Source of the DNA: an uncultured bacterium
GTDB taxonomy: Bacteria > Cyanobacteriota > Vampirovibrionia > Gastranaerophilales > Gastranaerophilaceae
Direction of reading: 5' to 3'
Assembly: GCA_949300515.1 (NCBI GenBank)
Contig: CASGEP010000001.1
Location: 6,740-70,739 of the forward strand
Length of the DNA stretch: 64,000 nt
Both the position numbers and the translations under genes were made by a program. The notes under the pieces were generated by a model. That model was given only the letters and a program-made list of their open reading frames with translations. It did no database searches and was not told the origin of the DNA. Position 1 is the first letter of the stretch, and every line of letters starts with the position of its first letter. Below, one piece after another: positions 36,908 through 46,092 of the stretch.

Positions 36908-38625
36908 TACTTTTTATCCTCGTCAGAGGTGTCATAGTCTTGTGCTATTGTGCTTAATAAAAGTTCCGTTTCTACCATATGCTCACCCAAAAGACAAGCT
37001 ATTTCCTGTACAATTGCAATATTCTTATTTATAACCTCATGCGCTTTTTGTGCAATTTTTTCTCTGCCCATTTCGCTCTGCGTAACATCGGTAATTATCG
37101 CACCCGCAAGCTCATTTTTTTCTATCGAAAATGCACTTATGTCATAGAGCCTGTTTTTAACGGGATAATGTTCTTTATGTATATCACGCTCGGTTTTAAG
37201 AGTTTCTTTAAAGATATCTGAAAAGTCTATAATCCTGTCTATGCAGGCACCGTTTAAGCCTTCCGGTCTGTCGGAGAATATATCATACATATCCGAGCAG
37301 AACATTTTGATAAATGCTTCGTTGGATTCAACAATTCTTAAATCCTTGTCAACCATAACAATGGCTGAAGGCATACACCTGAGCATTGCCGCGGCTTTTT
37401 GCATAGCTATTTTTCTCATATAAGATACACACATTGAAGGCTCGGCTTCACCTGATAACAAAGCACATGCAAGCTCTCTGCAAGTATTATAACCGCAGCC
37501 GCCGCAGTTAAGTTCGTCCTCTTCCGTGTATTTGCCTATTTTTTTAAGAGCCTCCGAAATCTTTTCATAGCTGTAGTTTGGATTTTCAACGGGTTTTTTT
37601 ACATAGTCTTTCTCAAGCACTGTTTTTGGCTCGTTTGGTATTATTTCTCTCTTTTTAACCTTAGAGAGCGTATCGCTTACTCTTAAAAGTTCGGACTTTT
37701 TGGTCGAACTGCACGGTCCCGCAAGACATCCGCCGTTACAGGAGAGTGCTTCTATAAAGATTTTTTTGTTAAGGCTTTGAGGGTCAAGCCCTTTTAGTGT
37801 TTTTTCAAGATTTTCAATTGAGCTGATATTAATAAACTGAACGTCATCAGCCATGCCGCCCTGTTTAATTGTTTCATTCATTCCGCCTTCAATAGGGTAT
37901 AATGCACCCTCATAAGCGCTCTCGGGGATAAAAGCTTCGCTGCCCGTTTCGTCAATATCATCAGCCGATATAAATTCATCCTGCAGCCAAAATTTCAACT
38001 CCTCAAAGGTAAGAGCCGCATCTATCAGGTCGGGGTTGTGATCGGATTCATTTTTCTTTGCAATGCAGGGTCCGATGAAAACAATGTGAATATGGCTGCC
38101 ATACATCTCCTTAAGCATTTTTGCATGTGTCAGCGCAGGAGAAGCAACCGGAGTAATGCAGGGCAAAAATTTAGTATTGTAGAGTCTTATGTAGTCTACA
38201 ACAACAGGGCAAGCGCTTGAGATAAAAAGCCCCTTATCTTTTTGCTTCATAAGTTTTGCACACTCAATCGACACTTCCTGTGCCCCGAGGGCTGTTTCAC
38301 TTACATACTTAAAACCGAGCTTTTTTAAAAGCGCAATCATCTTTGAAGGACTGTACTCAAAAATACCGCTCCAGCTCGGCGCAAGAGAAACATAAACATC
38401 CTGCTGCGCCCTAAAGAGATTTTTAACTTTTTCAATGTCATTTCTGACTCTTTTTGCGTTATTCGGGCATGCTTGTACACAATTTCCGCAGGCTATACAC
38501 TTATCGGGCAATACCGAGGCATGACCCTGCTGTATGCTAATCGCTTTAACATGACATTGTCTGACACACTTATAACAGTCATGACATTCGTTGTAGAGTG
38601 TGTAAACGGGATAAAGTTTGTCCAT
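36907..38625 (-). CDS. hydS: sensory [FeFe] hydrogenase (group C, HydS-like) with C-terminal PAS domain
   Basis: N-terminal 2x CxxCxxCxxxCP. H-cluster motifs are SSACP (L1, first Cys replaced by Ala), GPCIAKKNE (L2) and LSCNGGCLAGP (L3). There is an extra CGGCGYNTC motif, then a PAS-like region. Confidence 0.82.
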   Translation of the reverse strand: MDKLYPVYTLYNECHDCYKCVRQCHVKAISIQQGHASVLPDKCIACGNCVQACPNNAKRVRNDIEKVKNLFRAQQDVYVSLAPSWSGIFEYSPSKMIALLKKLGFKYVSETALGAQEVSIECAKLMKQKDKGLFISSACPVVVDYIRLYNTKFLPCITPVASPALTHAKMLKEMYGSHIHIVFIGPCIAKKNESDHNPDLIDAALTFEELKFWLQDEFISADDIDETGSEAFIPESAYEGALYPIEGGMNETIKQGGMADDVQFINISSIENLEKTLKGLDPQSLNKKIFIEALSCNGGCLAGPCSSTKKSELLRVSDTLSKVKKREIIPNEPKTVLEKDYVKKPVENPNYSYEKISEALKKIGKYTEEDELNCGGCGYNTCRELACALLSGEAEPSMCVSYMRKIAMQKAAAMLRCMPSAIVMVDKDLRIVESNEAFIKMFCSDMYDIFSDRPEGLNGACIDRIIDFSDIFKETLKTERDIHKEHYPVKNRLYDISAFSIEKNELAGAIITDVTQSEMGREKIAQKAHEVINKNIAIVQEIACLLGEHMVETELLLSTIAQDYDTSDEDKK

Positions 38626-38626
38626 A

Positions 38627-38872
38627 TCAACCCCTGATGTTATCCAGTATTTCTTTTAGCTTTTCTTGTGTAATGTTTGAGTATAACTTACCGTCAATAG
38701 TGATGTTTGGTCCTTGAGCACATTTTCCCTCGCAACGCGAGCCAGATATATCAACATTTGCGTCAAGGTTATATTTTTTTACATAATCTTCAATAAAATT
38801 AAGATGTTCTTCATTGCCCCTCGCATAACAAGAACTACCGAGACATACCGTTATATTTATTTGTTTATCCAT
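38627..38872 (-). CDS. thioredoxin-like [2Fe-2S] ferredoxin (NuoE-fold, small)
   Basis: 81 aa with CLGSSC...SRCEGKC. First gene of the hydS operon. Confidence 0.7.
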   Translation of the reverse strand: MDKQINITVCLGSSCYARGNEEHLNFIEDYVKKYNLDANVDISGSRCEGKCAQGPNITIDGKLYSNITQEKLKEILDNIRG

Positions 38873-38995
38873 TTTACTATTCCTAATACATATACAGTAT
38901 AGTCTAAAGAGAGTATTTAAGCAATTTAATATTTGATTTTAGCTTTTGTGCGTGCAATAATCACCTTAGGGTTGTTAGTAAGTAAGGAGAAATAC

Positions 38996-39496
38996 ATGAG
39001 CACACAAACCTCCGGTGGAATTAACTTCAAGAAAGTTAATGACATCATTGACTCTTGTGGTGCAAAAAAATCCAACCTGATTGCCATTTTACAAAAAGTT
39101 CAGGATGAATTTAAGTACCTGCCCCAAGATGCCATTACCTATATAGGTACAAAAATTGACGGTTTATCACCCGCAACAGTCTATGGCGTTGCAACTTTTT
39201 ACGCACAGTTTTCACTGGAGCCGAAAGGCAAATATGAAATAAAGTGCTGCGACGGTACGGCATGCCACGTCAGAGGGTCTATGCCGGTTTATACATATTT
39301 AATGCAGAGATTTAATCTTAAAGAAGGAAAATATACCTCGGATGACGGCATGTTTTCCGTAGAAACGGTTAGTTGTTTGGGTGCCTGCGGTCTTGCTCCC
39401 GTTGTTGTAATAAACGGCAAAGTCTACCCGCAAATGACATCTGACGCGATTAAAATAATCATTGATACAATTGTTGCGCAGGAAAATGAGGGTTAG
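38996..39496 (+). CDS. hydC: NuoE-like [2Fe-2S] subunit of HydABC-type hydrogenase
   Basis: CDGTACHVRG...CLGACGLAP motif. The ATG at 38996 follows an AAGGAGA SD. Confidence 0.88.
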   Translation: MSTQTSGGINFKKVNDIIDSCGAKKSNLIAILQKVQDEFKYLPQDAITYIGTKIDGLSPATVYGVATFYAQFSLEPKGKYEIKCCDGTACHVRGSMPVYTYLMQRFNLKEGKYTSDDGMFSVETVSCLGACGLAPVVVINGKVYPQMTSDAIKIIIDTIVAQENEG

Positions 39497-39499
39497 ACA

Positions 39500-41368
39500 A
39501 TGGAAACACAAGAAAGAACACTGAATATTGACATTGAACAAGAACGTATAAAAGCAAATGAAGCTATAAAAAAACAAGGTTTGAGAGTGCTTGTATGCAA
39601 CGGTACGGGCTGTATTGCAAACGGCTCAAACGAAGTTATGGAAAAATTTAAAGAGCTCGGCGCCGATGTTTCAATTTTAAGCAGCCATGACAAGGTAACA
39701 ATCGTACCTACAGGCTGCCACGGTTTTTGCGAACAGGGCGTTCTGGTTGTTATACCCGAGTTTGATATTACATATGTTAAAGTTAAACCCGAAGATGTTG
39801 AAGAAATTGTAAACTCTCACATTAAAGACGGCAAACCCGTAGAGCGCCTGCTCTATACAGATCCTAAGACCAACAGGCATGTTTATAAAAATGAAGAAAT
39901 TAATTTTTATGCGAAACAATCAAGAACATCCCTTAAAAATTGCGGTGAAATCAATGCAGAGTGCATAGATGAAGCAATTGCCGAAGGTGCATACAGAGCA
40001 TTGGCAAAAGTTCTCGAGCAAAACAACCCTGAAGCTGTTATCGAGGAAATCGAAAAATCAGGCCTTAGAGGCAGAGGCGGCGGCGGTTTCCCGACAGGCA
40101 GAAAATGGCGTTTTACCGCGGCCAATCGCGGCGGAAAATCATACGTTGTATGTAACGGTGATGAAGGTGACCCGGGCGCATTTATGGACAGATCAGTTAT
40201 GGAAGGCGATCCGCATAAACTGCTTGAAGGTATGGCTATCGCAGGTTTTGCAATCGGTGCGGATGAAGCATACATTTACGTGCGTGCAGAATATCCTCTT
40301 GCGATTAAAAGACTCAGAATTGCTATAAAGCAGGCTGAAGAAAGAAATCTTCTTGGTCAAAATATCATGGGCAGCGGCTTTAATTTTGATATTCACATTA
40401 AAGAAGGAGCCGGAGCATTTGTTTGCGGTGAAGAAACGGCTCTTATGGCTTCAATTGAAGGTGAGCGCGGCATGCCAAGACCCAAACCGCCGTTCCCTGC
40501 TAACTGCGGTCTTTTCGGACGCCCCACCCTTATTAATAACGTGGAAACACTGGCAAATGTTCCCGTTATTATTGATAAAGGAGCGCAATGGTTCTCCTCA
40601 TTCGGCACCGAAACATCAAAAGGTACAAAAACTTTCGCACTGACAGGCGAAGTAAACAACACAGGCCTTATTGAGGTACCTATGGGTACAACTTTAAGAG
40701 AAATCGTCTTTGATATAGGCGGCGGGATAAGAAACGGCAAAAAATTCAAAGCCGTACAAATAGGAGGCCCTTCGGGCGGATGTTTAACGGAAGAACACCT
40801 TGATATACCAATGGACTATGACAACCTTATAAAAGCAGGCGCAATGGTCGGCTCGGGCGGACTTGTCGTTATGAACGAGGACACCTGTATTGTTGAAGTT
40901 GCGCGCTTCTTTATGCACTTTACACAGAGCGAAAGCTGCGGTAAATGCGTACCATGCCGCGAAGGTACAAAAAATATGTTGAAAATATTGGAAAAAATCG
41001 TTCGCGGACAGGGAGAGATGAAAGACCTCGACACTCTTGAAGAGCTTGCTATAGCCGTAAAAGAAGGTTCGCTGTGCGGTTTGGGTAAAACGGCTCCAAA
41101 CCCTGTTTTATCGACTCTTAAATACTTTAGGGACGAATACATTGCGCACATTAAGGACAAAAGATGTCCCGCCGGCGTTTGCAGTGCACTTAAAGTTATT
41201 AAAATTAACGAAGAACTCTGCAAAGGCTGTACAAAATGTGCGAGAAACTGCCCTGTGGGCGCAATTGAGGGCACTGTGAAAAATCCTCATAAAATTAATC
41301 AGGAAAAATGTATTAAATGCGGTGCATGTATTAGCGCATGTCCGTTTAAGGCTATTTCACAGGCGTAA
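39500..41368 (+). CDS. hydB: NuoF-like NAD(P)H-binding flavoprotein subunit of HydABC-type hydrogenase
   Basis: N-terminal 2Fe-2S domain, GRGGGGFPTG.KW, GDEGDPGAFMDR, SCGKCVPCREG, and two C-terminal 4Fe-4S motifs. Confidence 0.92.
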   Translation: METQERTLNIDIEQERIKANEAIKKQGLRVLVCNGTGCIANGSNEVMEKFKELGADVSILSSHDKVTIVPTGCHGFCEQGVLVVIPEFDITYVKVKPEDVEEIVNSHIKDGKPVERLLYTDPKTNRHVYKNEEINFYAKQSRTSLKNCGEINAECIDEAIAEGAYRALAKVLEQNNPEAVIEEIEKSGLRGRGGGGFPTGRKWRFTAANRGGKSYVVCNGDEGDPGAFMDRSVMEGDPHKLLEGMAIAGFAIGADEAYIYVRAEYPLAIKRLRIAIKQAEERNLLGQNIMGSGFNFDIHIKEGAGAFVCGEETALMASIEGERGMPRPKPPFPANCGLFGRPTLINNVETLANVPVIIDKGAQWFSSFGTETSKGTKTFALTGEVNNTGLIEVPMGTTLREIVFDIGGGIRNGKKFKAVQIGGPSGGCLTEEHLDIPMDYDNLIKAGAMVGSGGLVVMNEDTCIVEVARFFMHFTQSESCGKCVPCREGTKNMLKILEKIVRGQGEMKDLDTLEELAIAVKEGSLCGLGKTAPNPVLSTLKYFRDEYIAHIKDKRCPAGVCSALKVIKINEELCKGCTKCARNCPVGAIEGTVKNPHKINQEKCIKCGACISACPFKAISQA

Positions 41369-41379
41369 GAGAGGTAAAA

Positions 41380-43137
41380 ATGACAAATACACTATTTATA
41401 AACGGAAAAGAATGCGAATATACAAACGAGCCGAATTTGCTTGAAGTAATAAGAAATAACGGCTTTAGCGTACCTACATTTTGCTACAGACCCGACTTAA
41501 CACAGTACGGCGCCTGCAGAATGTGTGTTGTTGAAATTGAAGGACGCGGAATACAGTCATCATGCACGATGCCGCCTGAACCGGGTCTTAAAATTCACAC
41601 AAACACAGAAAAAACAAGAAGAATAAGAAAAATAGTTCTTGAGCTTCTTCTTGCAAACCACGACAGAGAATGCACAACCTGCGACAAGTCGGGCAAATGC
41701 GAGCTTCAAAAATACGCTCAGGAATACGGCATAAACGATATAAGATTTGCAAAGAAAAAACCGCAAGACTATTTGCCGATTGATAACTCCAATCCGTCAA
41801 TCGTGCGCGATCCCAATAAATGTATACTCTGCGGTGCGTGCGTTCGTGCTTGTGCGGAGTTTCAAGGTCACAGCGTGTTAGGCTTTGCAAACAGGGGCTC
41901 AAAAACCGTTGTACAGCCAATGGCAGGCAGGGCTCTTGGCAGCGTGGACTGCGTTTTCTGCGGACAGTGTCAGGCAGTTTGTCCCACAGGTGCGCTCACG
42001 ATTAAAACAGACATCGACAGAGTATGGGATTTAATAAACGATAAAAATAAGAAAACTGCAGTTCAAATGGCGCCGTCGGTGCGTGTTGCACTGGGTGAAG
42101 AATTTGGGCTCAAACCCGGCGAAAATGTAATTGGCAAGTTCAATGCGGCGCTAAGACAGCTCGGATTTGATCTGGTATTTGACACTAATTTCTCGGCAGA
42201 TTTAACAATCATGGAAGAAGCAACCGAATTTATTGAGCGGCTTACAAAGGGTGAAAACCTGCCTCTGTTTACTTCTTGCTGTCCGGCATGGGTTAGATAC
42301 CTTGAAACACAACACCCTGATTTGCTGAATCATTTATCAAGCTGCAAATCACCACAGGGTATGTTATCTCCCGTTATTAAAGCGGTTGTGCCCAAATATT
42401 TTGAAGACTATACGGAAGAAAATCTGTATGTTGTATCTATAATGCCATGTACCGCAAAGAAAGCGGAAGCAGTACGCGGACAACTCTACAGCAACGGCAG
42501 AGCACAGACCGATGTTGTTTTAACAACGCAAGAAATTGCAAGAATGCTAAAATCAGCAGGGATAAATCTTGCAACAATTACGCCTGAAGCTAATGACTCT
42601 CCTTTTGGACAATATACAGGTGCAGCAACTATTTTTGGAGCTTCAGGCGGTGTTGCGGAAGCTGCTGTGCGTACGGCATATGAATTTGTAACGCATGAAT
42701 CTCTTGAAAATATTGACTTTAAACCGCTGCGTGGTGTTGACAAAGCTCACAGAGCAAAAGAAGCTGAAATTGACATTAAAGGCACAAAGGTAAAAGTCAG
42801 AGTTGTATCAACTCTAAAAGAAGCAGAAAAATCAATTCGTGAATTAAAAGAAGGTAAGGCTGATTTTCAACTTCTGGAAGTAATGGCATGCCCCGGCGGC
42901 TGTGTAAACGGCGGCGGACAGCCAAGGAGCTGCGACAACTCGCAAATTAAAGAGGAGCGCGCACAGGGACTTTATAAAGAGGACTCAGAACTGCCCTTTA
43001 GAAAGTCGCACACAAACCCTGATATTATCAAACTTTATGAGGAATTTTTGGAAAAACCGAACTCACACAAAGCGCACGAGCTTTTGCACACCACATACTC
43101 GGATATGTTTAAAAATTCCTACAGAGACCTTGTATAA
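41380..43137 (+). CDS. hydA: [FeFe] hydrogenase catalytic subunit, group A (bifurcating-type architecture)
   Basis: N-terminal 2Fe-2S (CRMCVVE) and FeS clusters. Canonical H-cluster motifs TSCCPAW, MPCTAKKAE and EVMACPGGCVNGGG. Confidence 0.93.
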   Translation: MTNTLFINGKECEYTNEPNLLEVIRNNGFSVPTFCYRPDLTQYGACRMCVVEIEGRGIQSSCTMPPEPGLKIHTNTEKTRRIRKIVLELLLANHDRECTTCDKSGKCELQKYAQEYGINDIRFAKKKPQDYLPIDNSNPSIVRDPNKCILCGACVRACAEFQGHSVLGFANRGSKTVVQPMAGRALGSVDCVFCGQCQAVCPTGALTIKTDIDRVWDLINDKNKKTAVQMAPSVRVALGEEFGLKPGENVIGKFNAALRQLGFDLVFDTNFSADLTIMEEATEFIERLTKGENLPLFTSCCPAWVRYLETQHPDLLNHLSSCKSPQGMLSPVIKAVVPKYFEDYTEENLYVVSIMPCTAKKAEAVRGQLYSNGRAQTDVVLTTQEIARMLKSAGINLATITPEANDSPFGQYTGAATIFGASGGVAEAAVRTAYEFVTHESLENIDFKPLRGVDKAHRAKEAEIDIKGTKVKVRVVSTLKEAEKSIRELKEGKADFQLLEVMACPGGCVNGGGQPRSCDNSQIKEERAQGLYKEDSELPFRKSHTNPDIIKLYEEFLEKPNSHKAHELLHTTYSDMFKNSYRDLV

Positions 43138-43161
43138 ATCGGCTGCAGTGAACATAAAGAG

Positions 43162-43190
43162 AAACCGGACAATATTCTTGTCCGGTTTTT
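43162..43190 (+). terminator. rho-independent terminator after hydA
   Basis: AAACCGGACAA-tattc-TTGTCCGGTTT followed by TT. Confidence 0.8.
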
Positions 43191-43301
43191 GCCGTTTGTA
43201 CAGATTGTAATTGTACACACTGAAAATAGCCGTATAAATGATTTTGAAATTATTAAATAATTAATTTGCAAAAGAATATTTTTCTTAGTACAATTAGTGG
43301 C

Positions 43302-43389
43302 GGAGAGTTGTCCGAGCGGTTTATGGTGCGGATCTCGAAAGTCCGTGCAGGCTAATTACCTGCCGAGGGTTCGAATCCCTCACTCTCCG
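43302..43389 (+). tRNA. tRNA-Ser(CGA): tRNA-Ser (anticodon CGA)
   Basis: Acceptor stem GGAGAGT/ACTCTCC, anticodon loop CTCGAAA, long variable arm and T-loop GGTTCGAATCC. Confidence 0.92.
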
Positions 43390-43563
43390 AATTTGTTTTG
43401 ATGCCGGTGGCTAATTTCAGACAGTGCGCCGTATGTATCGAAGGGGGTTAAGTATTGTATCCTCACGGGAATAATACACGTGCGGCGTTACGAAAAGAAA
43501 TTTAATACATTACAAGCTGAATTTATTTCACAAACACGCTCTGTCTGCACAGGGAATATCTAA

Positions 43564-44184
43564 TCACCATTTACCGTAATGCATTTTTTCTTCCGCACTG
43601 TATTTTACCTGCTCAACTTCAATATTATCTTCGCAAGCATAACCAAGACCAATGTAGCAAGGCAACAGATAATTTTGCGGCGCACCTAAAGCTTTTGCAA
43701 CATTCTCTCCTTCTTCTCCGACAGGAATTCTCATGGAACATGCAAGCCCTTCTGCAGTTGCCGCAAGAAAAATATTCTCAATAACACACCAGACAGAGGA
43801 CAAGGGATTCAAGGAACTGACACAGGTCGGCTTCATAACGGCAGAATTTGACTTAAAGAAAGGTAAAATTATATGCGAAGCATTCATCAGCATTGAATAT
43901 TGTCTTGGCATGGCAATCGCATACATCTTTTGCTGCGGCGTACCGTTTACAAGAGTCTGTTTTAAGATTTCAAGGGACGGCTCAACACCTTGCCTTACAA
44001 ACTGCAAAGCGCGCTCTTTGTCCTCTTTATCTTTTAAAATTACAAATTCCCGGTTTCTTAAATGGTCGTGAGTCGGCGCTTGAAGCCCCGCATCAATAAT
44101 CTTTTTCAACGTTTCATCGGGTACACTTTTTTCTTTAAAATCCCTTACAATACGTCTTTTGTAAATAGCTTCATATAAATCCAT
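43564..44184 (-). CDS. nitroreductase family protein
   Basis: 206 aa with the family-typical N-terminus (AIYKRRIVRDFK) and overall pattern. Confidence 0.8.
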   Translation of the reverse strand: MDLYEAIYKRRIVRDFKEKSVPDETLKKIIDAGLQAPTHDHLRNREFVILKDKEDKERALQFVRQGVEPSLEILKQTLVNGTPQQKMYAIAMPRQYSMLMNASHIILPFFKSNSAVMKPTCVSSLNPLSSVWCVIENIFLAATAEGLACSMRIPVGEEGENVAKALGAPQNYLLPCYIGLGYACEDNIEVEQVKYSAEEKMHYGKW

Positions 44185-44195
44185 AGTATTCTCCT

Positions 44196-44414
44196 TTAAA
44201 TATTATTGAACTTATTTTTCATATGATTTGAAAACACTGTTGTCAGGCGGACAAGCTCTTTAATATCATTTGCGCTAAGCTCAGCCATGGCGTTTATTTC
44301 GGCATTTGCAGCCGGAGGAATTATATTTTGAACATAATCTATACCCGAGTTTGTAAATCTTGGCAATATTATTCCGTTTTTTAATATTTTGTCAAGATTA
44401 GCACAAAATAACAC
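44196..44414 (-). pseudogene. MarR-like regulator fragment (C-terminal part only)
   Basis: 72 codons resembling the wing and C-terminal helix of MarR proteins (LDKILKNGIILPRF...SANDIKELVRL). A stop lies 3 codons upstream of the GTG. No HTH region is present. Confidence 0.45.
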
Positions 44415-44485
44415 ATTCTGCTATACTATGCATACGGGAGGCAAGATGGAAGATAAAGAGTCAAAAATAGCACTAAGCGCACTTT

Positions 44486-45100
44486 CTAAATATTTTCGTC
44501 AATTTTGTATAAATCCGCTCCGCCCGAGGCTTTATACATTCCTATCGTTGCAATGACAGAGTTAATCTTGTTTGAAACTTCTTCTTTTTTAACTGCCAGA
44601 TAAGCCTGCCTGGCGTATAATACCTCTAAATCCCCCGAAGCTCCGATATCTCGCTTATCAAGCGCAAGGGAATATGTCTTTTTCTGCATATCAAGGCGAT
44701 TTTTGCTTTGCAAATAATTTTGTACGGCTTCATTATATTGCAAAATAGCCGTATTCATTTCTTTTATACCGTCTAAAATCGTCTTTTGATAGTCATTAAG
44801 CGCTTCTTCATACTCGAATTTTTTCAACTTAAGCATTGCAATTTTTCTTCCGCCGGTAAATAAGTCAATTGAAGGCAAAATTCCTGCGCTGAACATTTGC
44901 GATACAGAGTTAAACAGGCTGTCAAGGTGATAGGCGTTAAGCCCTATTTGACCAAAAATTATAAATCTCTGGAAAAACTCACGCCGTACCGCCTTAACGT
45001 CGAAGCCTATCCGTTTTATATTAGCCTCCCTGCTTATATAATCGGGGCGGTTTTGAATAATTTCCGTACTGTATTTTAAAGGGATATTATTTAAAGGCAT
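44486..45100 (-). pseudogene. NodT/TolC-family outer membrane factor, C-terminal half only
   Basis: 204 aa that align with the second half of the OMF at 56347-57399 (EIIQNRPDY..., LFTGGRKIA..., MYKASGGADLY). There is no signal peptide or first repeat. Confidence 0.7.
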
Positions 45101-45126
45101 AACATCATCATATGTGCTTCTTTTAA

Positions 45127-45285
45127 TACTGTCTGAAGAATCAGCCAGATAAAATATTTAAAACTGACATTACCCTGCGAAGTGAAACTACAAAGGGTAT
45201 AACAGAGCAAGAACTTGCAACAACATTTGAAACGCTTGAGAAAATGAACAAAAACATAAGAGATAAAGTTAAACTGCAAATTTAA
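45127..45285 (+). pseudogene. MarR-like regulator fragment (C-terminal ~50 codons, no start)
   Basis: Open frame ...ITLRSETTKGITEQELATTFETLEKMNKNI, bounded upstream by a TAA. It sits where an emrR-type gene would precede emrAB. Confidence 0.4.
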
Positions 45286-45302
45286 AATTAAAGGAGAATA
45301 AG

Positions 45303-46092
45303 TTGAACAACAAAAAAAGCCGAAAGCAAAAAAGATGATGTTATAGAAGTTGAGGACACGCGCCCCGAATATATGAAAAAAAAGGGTGCTTGTTCCCTGT
45401 ATTACCGCAATTGTATTTTTAATTTGCGGGATATTTTGCGCAATCCATGCCGTGTTTTACAAATCAACAGACGATGCCTTTATAGAGGGTCATATGATAA
45501 CAGTGGCTCCAAGGGTGTCAGGGCAGGTAATAAAGCTCAATATTGATGACAATCAAGAGGTTAGCGAGGGCGATTTACTGCTTGAAATCGACCCTAATGA
45601 CTACATTGCCAAACTGAAGGAAGCAAAAGCAAAGCTCGAGGAGCCTCTATTAAACGGCTCGAGGCAGAGGTGGAGCAGGATGAACTGAACCTTTCATATA
45701 CAAAAATCTATGCTTCATCAAACGACATGATAACAAACCGCACGGTAGAACATGGGAACTATGTGCAGGTGGCGCAGCCGCTGTTTGCAATAGTGCCGCA
45801 GAAAATGTGGGTTGTGGCAAACTTTAAAGAAACCCAGCTTGCAAATATGAAACCCGGACAGCCCGTAAAAATAAAAATAGACACCTACGGGGCAAAAAAA
45901 TTTAAAGGGAAGGTCGACAGCATTCAGCGCTCAACGGGGGCAAGAGCAAGTCTTTTCCCGCCTGAAAACGCGGTCGGAAGTTATGTAAAAATCGTACAAA
46001 GAGTGCCCGTAAAAATTATATTTACGGAAGATATCTCAAACTACAACATAGTTCCCGGCATGTCTGTTGTTCCGGAGGTCAAAGTAAAATAA
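45303..46092 (+). pseudogene. HlyD/EmrA-family periplasmic adaptor, disrupted by frameshifts
   Basis: A strong AAGGAGA SD precedes the TTG at 45303. The recognisable EmrA sequence is split over at least three frames (STDDAFIEGHMITVAPRVSGQV..., then LNLSYTKIYASSNDMI...). Breaks lie at A7 (45312-45318), A8 (45376-45383) and a 23-bp insert (45634-45656). Confidence 0.7.

Noticed and set aside
38946-38964. Rex-like operator TTGTGcgtgcaataaTCAC between hydS and hydCBA operons
   Set aside because: Only the outer TTGTG/TCAC bases fit the TTGTGAA-N-TTCACAA consensus. The inner half-site bases and the spacing do not fit. It is a weak single occurrence.
39677-41290. Multiple minus-strand ORFs (80-152 aa) and alternative-frame plus ORFs inside hydB
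   Set aside because: All overlap the NuoF-like gene, whose motifs are unmistakable. They are artefacts of locally elevated GC and codon bias.
43399-43411. TGCCGGTGGC after tRNA-Ser matching the end of tRNA-Leu (4052-4061)
   Set aside because: It is a 10-nt match only, with no extended similarity. This is compatible with chance.
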